Assembly: GCF_036321535.1 (NCBI RefSeq)
Contig: NC_087437.1
Span: 85,252,001 to 85,316,000 of the forward strand
Direction: 5' to 3'
Source of the DNA: Camelus dromedarius
Taxonomy: Eukaryota
DNA length: 64,000 bases
Every line of letters begins with the position of its first letter. Within the stretch, counting starts at the first letter, position 1. Positions 50,371 through 62,300 of the stretch are shown piece after piece. The notes beneath the pieces are model-generated. The model was not told where the DNA came from and ran no database searches. It was given only the letters and a program-made list of their open reading frames with translations. Both the position numbers and the translations under genes were made by a program.

Positions 50371-51586
50371 AAAATTAACTCAAAATTTATTTAAGACTTA
50401 AACATAAGACCTGATACCATAAAACTCCCAGAAGAAAATGTAGGGAAGAAGCTCATTGATACTGGCTGGACAATAACTGTGCATGATGCCAAAAGCACAA
50501 ACAAAAGAAAAATATTAACAAATGTAAATACATCAAACTCAAAAGCTGCACAGCAAAAGAAACAATTAACAAAACTAAAAAAAAAAAATAAAGACTTAGG
50601 AATGGGAGACCATTTTTACAAATGATCTATCAGAAAAGGGGTTAATATTATCAGTCACCTCAATAACAAAAAAAAATCCAAACAATTCAATGAAAAAGGA
50701 GAACTAGACAGACATTTCTCTAAAGAGGATATCAAAATGACCACAGACCCATGAACAGATGCTCATCATCACTGATCAGCAGAGAAATGCATATCAAAAC
50801 TACAATGAGATACTACCTCACAACTGTTAGATTGGCTTTACTCAAGAAGACAAGAGACAATAGGGGCTCTCAAGGATGTAGTGAAAAAAGAACTTAGACA
50901 TTATAAATTGTAAATGCAATTGATCCAACTAATATAGAAAACTATGAATACTTCTTCAAAAATTAAAAATAGATCCATCATATGATCTAGGAGTTCTATT
51001 TGTAGGTACACACCCTGAAAAATGAAGATAGGATTTCAATGTAGTATATGCTTTCCCATATTTATTGCAGCATTATTCACTATAATAGCTAAGATATAGA
51101 AACAACCTAAATGCCCATCAATGAATGAATGGATAGAAAAACATGGTCCGTATACACAATGGAATATTATTCAACCATAAGAAAGAAAAATATTCTCCTA
51201 TTTGCATCAACAACGATGGGCCTTGAGCACATTATACTAAGTGAGATAAGTCAGACAGCAAAAGGCAAGTACTGTATGATATCACTTATATGTGGAATCT
51301 AAAAAAGTTAAGCCTGTGAAAAACAGGGAGTAAATGGTAGTTACCAGCGAATAGGGGAGGAGGGATAAAAGTTATAGTGTTTAAAGACAAAAGGTTTGTA
51401 ATGAATGGTAAATAAGGCTTAGAGATCTAATGAACAGTATAATCAATGTAGACCATAATATTGTACCACAATTATGTAATGTGGTAATATTGCTATAATA
51501 TCAGTCATAATATATACATATATCAAAGTAACATGTTATGCATCATACATTTTTATATTACACATCAATCTTATTTTTAAAAAAAG
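50371..51586 (+). mobile_element. 5'-truncated LINE-1 (ORF2 C-terminus plus 3'UTR)
   Basis: aaaattaactcaaaa...gacttaaacataagacctgataccataaaactcccagaagaaaa (KINSK..DLN.RP.TIKL.EE); ends with an A tail at ~51579-51586. Confidence 0.9.
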
Positions 51587-52656
51587 CTGGCTCCCAAGAA
51601 ACTATATATTTATATCTCTTCTTTAAAATAACTATCATATATGTCATAGGATAAATATATATATAATATATTTAGTGTAGTTTCAAAATGTATTTTAAAG
51701 TACTTTAAAATTGCATTGTCAGCATTACTACCAAGATAAACCAAATAAAAATTTAAGGTACATATAGGGTTCATTTTTTTCTTTCATATATACACCAATA
51801 GATCCATAGAGAACTGTGGCAGAGTTATCAATTTAATTGGAATTATGTTTTAATACTTGTGCTTAATGTTGCATTTATTTTTCCTACTTTTTAAGGTATT
51901 TTCCTACCTTTGTGGGTGAATTTCATTTTTGGAAATGTAATACAAGTAGTATATGCTTTTCTGTATCATTCTCCCTGGCTTAAGTGCTACATAAAATTAA
52001 ATAGTCTACATTTCACTCTTGTTTTTGTTTAGAAATTAAACAAGTATGCCTGTATTCTCAGAAAAGAGAGCATTCTACATTCTATATTGGCTTTTCTTAT
52101 CCTCCCCACCCCTACGAAGTCACTCAATCTGACCTCATCAAGTTCTTCCTTATTCTTTCTCACAATAGAGTGATATTTCATTATGTAGATGAGAGTATCA
52201 CAATTTAGACTCTAATGGCATTATCTCTTTTTTTATTCCCAATCTATCTCCCTACAAAAATAAACAGAATAATTAGGTCTTGCATTAGTTTTCTTACTGT
52301 TTAAAAACTTATACACAGAGGTTTACAAAAGAGACTCACATGTCAAATATGGGTCTAAATTATTGTATACATACTTATACAAAAAAATTCTAAAGGATTT
52401 GGTAGGTTCCAAATTGGTTTTAAGTATTTCCTTCCTTAAGAAATAATGATATAAGCATGTCTATGTCAGTAATATTTCTTCTGGTCTGTTCTTCATATTA
52501 GTATTTCACTGTGTGATGAGAGAGAGAATGTAATTCTTCCAGCATTCTTATTTTCAAGTTTTGTTTATACCTTGGCACAAAGCATATTTTGTAGTTCTTC
52601 TCTGTGCTCAAAGGGAATGACTAAAGACCCTTTTTATTTTTGGATAATAAGCTGTA

Positions 52657-53104
52657 CACCATACTTCATTTTATTATTTTTCATTGTATTGAACATTGCA
52701 GTTTTTTTGTTGTTTTTTTGTTTTGTTTTGTTTTATTTACAAATTGTTTGCAGCAACCCTGTGTCAAGCAAGTTGATGATAGCCATTTTCCCAACAGCTC
52801 ACTTCATGTCTCAATGCCACATTGTGGTAATTCTCACAATGTTTCAAACTTTTTCATTATTCTATTTGTTATGGTGATCTGTGATCAGTGATCTCTGATG
52901 TTACTACTGCAAAAAGATTATGATTCACTGAAGATTAAGATGATGGTTAGCATTTTTTGTCAATTAATAAACTACAGTATAGTGTAAACATAACTGTTAT
53001 ATGCACTGGGAAACCAAAAAAATTGATGTGACTGACGTTATTACAAAATTCGTTCTATTGCTGTGGTCTGGAACTGAACCCACAGTATCTCCAGGATATG
53101 CCTG
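52657..53104 (+). mobile_element. Tigger1-derived MITE (Tigger1a-type internal deletion derivative)
   Basis: TA at 52655-52656 and 53105-53106; termini caccatac...atatgcctg. The Tigger1 5' part (ggtgatctgtgatcagtgatct) is joined directly to its 3' part (gcaaaaagatta...actacagtatagtgtaaacataac...gtggtctggaactgaaccc). Confidence 0.92.
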
Positions 53105-53309
53105 TATTCTTTTCATAATGATCAGTGTTCTTCCATTTCTACCGTGTTCTCTGTATATACTAAAAGCATAGGATGGAGTGAAAAAATAATCTTCTCCTGC
53201 TACTTAGTCATAATTAAAAGTAAATCTTCGTTTGCCTATCATTTATATAGTGCTAGATACGATGCAATAGTATAAGAAATAATTCAATAGAAGTTTACAA
53301 GATTATATT

Positions 53310-53585
53310 CAAATGCTAGATCTTCCCCTTACTGGCTGTGTTGTCTCAACCAGTATTTTTTTTTTTTACTCCTCTTCTCTCTGGCTTCATTGTTTATAAC
53401 AGAGAAAATTCAGTAATATAATGTTGGTTATTATATTTATATAATACTTAACACATTAATAAATTATTTATATAAATACATTTATAATAATATGGCTAAT
53501 AGGATGATTATTAGGAATAAATGAGATAATGCATATATACATCATTTAGCAAATGGTCTAAACTATAGGAACTGGCCAGTGTTAG
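53310..53585 (+). mobile_element. MIR fragment with an AT-rich expansion
   Basis: cttactggctgtgttgtct...aggaataaatgagataatgcatata...cattt (MIR core and 3' part). Confidence 0.65.
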
Positions 53586-54355
53586 AACCTATTTTTATAG
53601 TTGTTGTATCAGTTGTAATTAAAAGACTGAACTTTTCTATCAGAAATAGCCAGAAAGCAGAATAACTTTATGTTAGCATTTAGATTAACAGATATTTTTC
53701 AGTGTTCAACCTAAAAATAAAAGGATATTAAAAGGATATAAAATATACCTAAATCACATTAAGAGGTTTTTTGATGGTAGAAATGATATTCCTCATATTT
53801 CTACTTTCACATATGTATATATTTTATTTAAATAATATATACTAACTGCTATTATAATGAAATATAGCAAAATATAAATAGAACTTACCCAAAAAATCAT
53901 ATTATCATTTTTCATAATAATGGTATTAGGAAATAATCCTTTTCCCCCAAAACACATATATGTTCCTACAAATTTAAACTATCACTTATTAAGAACATAA
54001 TACTAACCTGCAATTTTGGCCTAACAATAACATACAAAACCAACCATACTTTGAAGGGCTAAAGCATTCTCTAATGACAGATCAAGGTTAACTCTTTGAG
54101 CCATCTAAACCTTCTTTCTCCTTCCTGCTGACTGCACAATATTTATCTTGACAGATGTCAGCATCATAATGCTTGTGAGAAGTTTGTGGCTTTCATTACC
54201 TGGATTTACAGTAGTGTGCAACAGAGGCTTAAATTGCACTATGAGCCATGACAGCCGGCAAAAACATGCCAGAGGACAACTCTGTCAAATCCAGAAAGCT
54301 CAGGGGAAGCTTAGTGGAGTCAATGAAAAACATAAAAGTTGAAGAGCCTGGAGAC

Positions 54356-54358
<3 letters not shown>

Positions 54359-54398
<40 letters not shown>

Positions 54399-54424
54399 AC
54401 GTACGTGTGTGTGGGTGTGTGTGT
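54359..54424. repeat. (AC)19-GTACGTAC-(GT)n compound microsatellite forming a palindrome
   Basis: Direct reading; dyad centre between 54400 and 54401. Confidence 0.95.
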
Positions 54425-55523
54425 ATGATTATATAAATAAAAAATATATATGAATAAAAAAGGCAGAAGAGGACTGCTAAGCCTCCAGATGCCTGTATTG
54501 GTTTTACACGGGGCTATGAACACCAGATTAATTTTAGCTGCATATGATTCAGAATATGTTCAGAGTATGTGAATATTAATTAAATGTGTCTCAGTGAATT
54601 TATATTTTATTCTCCTACGTGTTTATACATGGATTTGATTTGCTTCAATTTGATTGCTAGTCTACCAATAAAAGAAAAATGCATCCTTGTCTCTTTAATT
54701 CCCATGAAAATGAAACAGGTGAATGCAACTTTTCAGTGACTCTTTGCATATTTAAACTTTACAGAAGAATGAGGATCATAATTTATATCATTTATTATAG
54801 GAAACAGAGGTTCTAAGAAATAAGGAATATCTGACTAGGTAAAGAGGTAGAAGTAAATTACATAGTAGGGTTTATTTCTTATCTGAAGACAATCATAATA
54901 TCCTACTCTGGTTGTCAGTGAAATATTCTCATTTTTAAAATGGCAGTAAAAGTAAACCTACCTGTCTTCACTTTAGGGATAAGAGCAACAGTATACTTAA
55001 AATATACATGATATTATCTGTCTATCTTTAAACTTCATTGAAAACAGTCTGAAATATTATGACGTGGTACTAATCATGATGATCAGAGCTGTAATACATC
55101 TTTCAGCACACTCGTGCACACAGGAAAAGCATTTCATCTAGCCTTTGGTTCCTTTCAGAGCCATTAGAAACAACTAATATTAACACTAATTTATTCTTTT
55201 TTTGCAACATACACACTCACACACACTTTCTGAAGTTTACTGATGCATTGGGTGCTTCATATTTATTCACAAGAGGCAACAAATTACAGCAAAATGATTT
55301 CAATTTTAAAAAATATATTCGCATTCTACCTGTGGAGTTGAAAAATGGAGTAAATACAGATATGATACACTGTTCCAATTGTAGAGAATTTTATACTTCA
55401 ATTTGTGATGGAAACTATATGCAAATAAAATTTAAAATTATTATGAATAACATATAAGGTTTACTAGAAAAGTTGGTGAGACACGCATATATGCACATGA
55501 CTAAGGAAAATGAAGATGGCCCT

Positions 55524-56137
55524 TGTATAAATCAGGGTGCTCCAGAGGAACAGCCAATAGAATATGTGTATATAAAGAGAGAGCTTTTAAGGGAACTGGG
55601 TCACACAGTTGTGAAAACTGGCAAGTGCCAAATCTACAGGATAGGGGATCAGGCTAGAGACCTAGGGAGATGATGTTGCCATTTGAGTCTGAAGACAGTC
55701 TCAGAGCAGAATTCCCCCTTTCTCAGGAACTTTACAGTTGACCCTTAAGCTGTACAGAGGTTAGGGATGCCGCCCCCCAGCACAGTCAAAAGTCCTTATA
55801 TAACTTTACAGTTGGACCTTCATATCTGAAGTTCATCATCCATGGATTTAATCCTCAGATCATGTAGTACTTCACTACATATTTATTTTAAAAAATCCAT
55901 GTATAGGTGGACCCACACATTTTAAGCTGGTGTTATTTCAACTATTAGCCTTTTATTGTTAAGACCTTCAACTGATTGAGGCCCGCCCATCCTTTGGGGA
56001 GTAATATGCTTTACTCAAAGTCTAGGAAATTAAATGTTTGTATCATCTATAAAATACCTTCATAGCAACATCTGACTGGTATTTGACCAAATATCTGGTT
56101 TCTTTGGCCAATTAGACCCAGAAAATTAACCATTACA
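55524..56137 (-). mobile_element. MLT2C/D-like ERVL solo LTR interrupted by MER8
   Basis: tgtataaatcagggtgctccagagg...ccttcaactgattg...ctttactcaaagtcta...tttgaccaaatatctgg...aaaattaaccattaca. Confidence 0.9.
55735..55944. mobile_element. MER8-like Tigger MITE
   Basis: ta|cagttgaccctt...ataactttacagttgg...aaaatccatgtataggtggacccacac...tcaacta; TIR cagttga, decayed on the right. Confidence 0.88.
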
Positions 56138-57332
56138 ATATCTCTATGGGTTGTTTTGTTTTGTTTTTATTTTTTCGGTTTGTTTTGTTTTTTTGTTTAC
56201 TTTTTTTTAACTAGTTCATGAAACATGTTGTGAGTACATAGAAATTGGATATACAGCTTTCAGATTTAGGCAACTACTCACTATTTCTTACCAATACGTG
56301 GATATACTCAATAACCTATTTTGTAAAGTTTAGCTATTCATGATTACTTTACTCCTAGAAATAAGTATCCAAATAAAGGACAGAGCACTAATTTTTACCA
56401 ATATACTTAATGTGAAAAGTCTAGTAAGTGTGATTATTGGAATACTACATTAATGAGAAATGACATAAACAGTATTCAGAAAGTTTTATTTATTTTTTCA
56501 GTGATGGCATTACACTATGAAACCTAATTATATTATCAGGAGATATATTCTTTTTTCCTTATTGGAAATTGTCATTAATTATAAAGGATATTTTCCAAGA
56601 ATGCTTATATATTAAAAAAAAAATACCGTTCAAAAACTAAGAAAACCTGCCTATTCTGTCAAAATAATTGGTTAAAAAAACTCACCTTAAAAATATAGGG
56701 ACATCCATATCTGATTAAAAGGGCAAAACTAGCCTTTCCTAACAAATAACTGTAATAACTATTTTCAAATATTACATGACAGACAAAGCATGCATTCTCT
56801 CACTGAGAGAAAGAAAGACTGTCAGATGGCTCTATAACTTCAGCTTTATGCCTAGAGACACTTTCTGGAGTGCAGCAAATCCAGACAAAGCAGGGAATCA
56901 CACTGAGCTGAAGCCACAGAGATCAATGCCCAAGTTAAGGCATCTGGACCTTATGTGGCAAACAACTGGAGAAGGAATTATAAAGTAAAGAAGCTCTAGG
57001 ATATGCATAGAATTTGTCCTGTCTAGCAACACACTAAGCTGAGAAGGTACAGGAGACTCTGCAAAGCCAACTACTTCAAAACCAATGGAAAAAAAAAAAA
57101 AAAAAGAAAGAAAGAAATAAAGGAGAAAAAGAAAGGTAAGGAAAGGAAAGAAAACTAACTTAGAAAGAAAAGCTATTGGACATCTGTGAGCTACACAGTT
57201 GTTGGGTTTAGACAGAGCTGCAAGATGTTCAAATTCCCACGAGCCAAAAGGCATAGATCTTATCACACCAGACATTCTGCGAACTCTCAGAAAAAAATTG
57301 AATTAAGAATAAGACTTGAGGCGTGACATCAC

Positions 57333-57341
57333 CAAGATGGC
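57333..57341 (+). promoter_or_regulatory. YY1-type motif at the L1 5' terminus
   Basis: caagatggc about 15 nt into the element, the position of the established L1 YY1 site. Function untested. Confidence 0.55.
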
Positions 57342-59235
57342 AGGACAGGGTTATCCCTGACTTTGCTCCTGGTCACAAAACAACTAATGACTAATTAAGA
57401 GCAACCAGCACATGTATCTTGGCAGACTGAGTTCATACTTGCAGTGCCCACGTAGTAATCCCAACCAGCTGCTTTGCTTCTTTGCAGAACCAAGGCAGGG
57501 GCACACTCTGACCAGGGAACTTGGCAGGGTATCAATCTGCCTAATTGGATCCTCAAACAAGTTCTGCCATCCCTAGAGCCTGGCTTGCTCAACCCAGGCA
57601 AGGAGATGAGTCACAGCCCAACCTGCTGCACAGAATGTCTCTGCGCCGTATTTGACCAGAGGAGCTATGAGAACACCTGGAAGATGTGTAGCCCAGCAAG
57701 TCTCAAGACTGGAAGTGGTGGGCAGTGCTGATCACCCACAGAGAAAAGCCATTATCTGGTGTGGAGAGTTCCTCTGCTAAACAAGGGCAGGAGGGTAGTT
57801 CCTTACCCCTCCCAAGTGGAAAGCCTGTTGGGAGTAGAGTTGCCTGGAATATACCCTCCCCTTCTTGCCCACTCAAGGGAGCTCCGACATAACCCAACCT
57901 GCTGTGGTTCCTGGCCCCACCTGACCAAGAATGCCAGCAAGAACACCTGGAAGCTGTGAAACCCAGTGGCTCTCAAGGTAACAGGTGAACTGGCAGAGTT
58001 GACAGTTTTCAGAGCAGTGGACCTGTTTGGTCAGGGAATTTGGGGTGTGGGCCGACTTGAGTTAGGACAATAAGCAAAGAGTTTAACAGGCTTTAGAGCT
58101 GCTTCTCCCCACTGTACTCAGGCAGGGAAACAATTTGTAGCCACACTTACAACAGAATAAAGCCCCAGACCGACTTGACCACAGAACCTAAGCAGAGCAT
58201 ACAGGAAGCTGTGCAGCCCATCCAACAGCCCTGCTTACAGTGGCACTTGAGCAGAAAGTGCAGCCCATGGCTTCCCTCATCTGCAGAGCAAAACTGGTGG
58301 AATTCATTGCACAGTCTTATCTGATTTGGATCCTCAAATAATGACCCATAGAGGCCCTGGTCATGTCCTGCTGCCCCACCAGCACAGGAAAGCTAAGTCA
58401 TAGTCCCATCTACTAGTGAATATAGTAGCCAGTCCTAACCATCCAGTAAGCCTTAACAGAGGATACAGACAACTGTGGAGCATATCCTATACATTCGTGT
58501 AGGGATCCAACCTCAAAACAGTTGCCTTAGGAGCCTCACCCAAAAGAGACTACAATAGTAGGCCCCACCTGCCCAAGGACATTTACCAGCAGACACACCC
58601 AAAAATCCAAACCTAGCAGACTGGGGAAGATCTGTTTGACAAACTAAGCCTATAAAGCCTGGAAGAGAAACAAATGCCCAGATAAAAATGTAAGGAATCA
58701 AGTTTCATGAAAACTAGTAAAAATCTAATAACTGATCTTAAAAAAATGGAGATCTATAAACTGTCAAAGAATTTAGAAAATTCTCTTAAAGAAGTTTAGT
58801 GAACTACAAGAACACAGAAAACTAAATAAAAATAGGAAAACAATATATGAATAAAGTGAGATATTTGACAAAGCAATAGAAACCATCAAAAAACCCAGAA
58901 ATCCTAGAGTTGAAAAATACAGTAACTGAACTAAAGAATTCAATAGTTTCCAAAGCAAATTCAACCATGTAGAAGTAGCAGCAACCTGGAGGAGAATATG
59001 TTAGAAATTATCTAGTCAAAGGAGCAAAAAGAAAACATAAATGAAAAAGAGTGAAGAAAGCCTACAAGACTTACAGGACACAATGAAAAGAACATTATGG
59101 GAATTCCAGGAGGAGAAGAGAAGGAAGAAGAGGCAGAAAGTACATTCAAAGAAATAATGGGACATCTTCCTGAATCTGGGAAGAGAAATGGACACCCATA
59201 TCGATGAAGCCGAAAGGACACCAAATAGGTTGAAT

Positions 59236-59376
59236 TTGGCCTCCATATCTCCAGGTTCCACATCCAAGAAAATGAAAGACTGATTTTACTATGCCATTTC
59301 ATATATGGGACTTGAGTATCTGCAAATTTTGGTATCTTCAGGGGGTCCTTAAACAAATTTCCCCATGGGATGACTG
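59236..59376. mobile_element. MER2-like Tigger MITE (internally deleted) inserted in L1 ORF1
   Basis: ggcctccatatctccaggttccacatcc...tactatgccatttcatatatgggacttgagtatctgcaaattttggtatc...gggggtcctt...gggatgactg matches recalled MER2 ends. Confidence 0.85.
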
Positions 59377-62300
59377 CTTAATTAAACTGTCAAAAGACAC
59401 AGACAAAGGAAGATTTTTAAAAGCAGCAAGGGAAAAGAAAAGTTACATACATGAGAGTACCCATGAGACTATGGGCAGATTTCTCAACAGAAACATACCA
59501 GGTCAAGAAAGAATGGGAACACGTATTCAAAATATTGAAAGAAAAAATAACAAACATAAGTATTATACATAGCAAAGATGTCTCTCAGAAACAGAGGAGG
59601 AATAAAGACTTTTCTGAACTAACAAATGTTGAAGGAGATGATTACCACTAGACCTGCTTTACAAGATATACTAAAGAAGGTATTTCACAGGAAGTAGTAG
59701 GATGCTAATTAATATTACAAAAATTAAAAAGGCAGTGTAAAATTCAATAATAATGGTAGATATATAGTCAAATTTGGATTATGTAATTTGGTGATGGTGG
59801 TGCAGAATTCACTTTACAACTAACTCTAGATTAAAAGTTTTAAAAAGTACAGTAAAATAGTCATAATTGCAATAATCTTATTACACAATATAAAAATATG
59901 TAAATTTTAATGGCAATGACCTAAATTGTGAGGAGGAGAAGTAAAAGCCTAAAGTTTAAGAATTCTATTGAAATTAAGTTGTCAGCTTAAAATAGGGTGC
60001 TATAATTTTAAGATATTTTGTTTAAGCTTCATGGTAATGTCAAGTGAAAAACCTACAGCAGTTATACAAAAGAACATGATAAAAAAGTCAAAGCACATTG
60101 ACCCCAAAAGACAACAAAACACACAAAAAGTATAGCAGGACAGGGAAAAATAAACACTGATCTATAAAACAACCAGAAAACTATTAACAAAAATGTTACT
60201 AGTAAGCCCTTGCCTATAATTAACTACTTTAAACATAACTGGATTAAATTCTTCAATTAAAAGACATAAAATGGCTGAATGGATTTAAGAGAAAAACAAA
60301 AAACCTAGATCCAAAGCTATGCTGCCTACAAGAGACTCACTTTAGCCTTAATAACAACACACATACACACATAGACTGAGAGTAAAGAAATGAATATGTC
60401 ATTTCAAGCAATTTGCTACCAAAAAGAAAGCAGGAGTAGTTATACTTAGAGCAGACAAAATAGACTTTAATACTGGTAAAAAAGACAAAAAAGTAAGGGG
60501 GTCAACCCATCAAAAAGTCATATAACAATTTATAAATATTTATGTACCCAACATCAGAGCACTTAAATGTAGAAAGTAAAAACTAACAGAGCTTTAGGAA
60601 AAATAGACAGTAATACAGTAATAGTTGGGGACTTTAATAACATTCTCAACAATGGATTGATAATCCAGACAGAGCATCAATAAGGAAACAGTGTATTTGA
60701 ACAACACTGTAGGTCAGAATGACACACATAAACAGAATGTTCTATATAACAACAACAGAAACACATTTTTTCTTAAGCTCACATGGAACATTTTCTACCA
60801 TGGACCATGCGTTAAGCCACAAAACAATTATTAGTAAATTCAAGAACATTGAAATCATATGAAGTATCTTTTCTGACCACAATGACATGAAGCTAGAAAT
60901 CAATAATGTCAGAAAAACTAGAAAACACATAGATATTAAACAACATTCTTCTGAAAATCAATGGATAAAAGAAAAAATTAAAGGGGAAAGAAAAAATTTT
61001 GTAATAAATAAAAAAGGAAATACAATACACGAGAATTTGTGGGATAAAGCAAAAGCAGTTCTAATAAGGAAGTTCACGGCAATAAATGCCTAAACTAATA
61101 AACAAAGAAGATCCCAAATAAGCAGTCTAACTCTATGCCTTAAGGAACTAGAAAAAGAACAAACTAAGTCAAAAATTAGCAGAAGGGAGGAAATAATAAA
61201 GATTAGAGCAGAAATAAATGAAATAACAGAAAAGCAATAGAAAAAAAATTAAACTAAAAATCGCTTCTGTGAAAAGATAAACAAAATCAATAAACCCTTA
61301 ACTAGGGTAATCGAGGAAAAAGGATCCAAATAAACAATATTGTAAATGAAAAAGGAGACATTACAACTGATACCACAAAAATTCAAAGAATCATAAGAGG
61401 TCCTATGAACAACTTATGCTAACAAAGTGGACTACATAGAAAATGGAATAATTCTTAGAAACATAGAACTTATCTGGACTGAGTCCAGAAGAAACATAAA
61501 ATCTGAATAGACCAATTACTAGAAAGGATATTAAATCAGTAATTGAAAATTTCCAAATGAATAAAAGCCCAGGACCATAGATGGCTTCACTGATGAATTT
61601 TACCAAACATCAAAGAAGAATCAACACTAATTTTTGTCAAACTCTTCCCAAAAGTAAAAGATGAGAGGAGTGCTCCCAGACTCATTTTTCTAAGCCCACA
61701 TTACTCCTATCCCAAAACAGAAAAGGACACTGCTAGATACAAAAACTATGGGCATATATCCCTGCTGAGTATAGATGCAAAAATTCTCAATAAAATACTA
61801 CCAAACTGAATTCAGCAACACATTAAAAGGATCATTCACTATAATCAAGTGGGACTTATCATTTGGATGCAAGGGTGGTTCAGCATATGTAAATCAATGT
61901 GTTACATCACTTTAATAGAAAGAATCATATGATCATCTCAATAGATACAGAAAAAGCATTTGACAAAATTCACTGATAAAATTCTATCAAAATTCATTGG
62001 TATCCATTCTTGATAAAAAAAAATTCTTAAAAATTAGGCATAGATGGGACATATATCAGCATAATAAAGGATATATATGACAAGCCCACAAATGACATCA
62101 TACTCAGGGGTGAAATGGTGAAAGCTTTTCCTCCATGATCAGGAACAAGACAAGGGTGCCCACTCTCTCACTACTTCTATTCAACATACTATGGGAAGTG
62201 CTATCTAGAGCAATCAGGCAAGAAAAAGAAACAAAAGGAATCAGAATTAGAAAGGAAGAGTAAAATTGTCTTTATTTGCAAGTGACATAATTTTATATAG

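Noticed and set aside
54148..54523. ORFs around the palindrome, with THTH/VCVC runs
   Set aside because: Produced by or adjacent to dinucleotide repeats; no recognisable protein.
56760..57060. Possible ancient L1 5' fragment or 70-aa ORF
   Set aside because: Similarity too weak to call either by eye.
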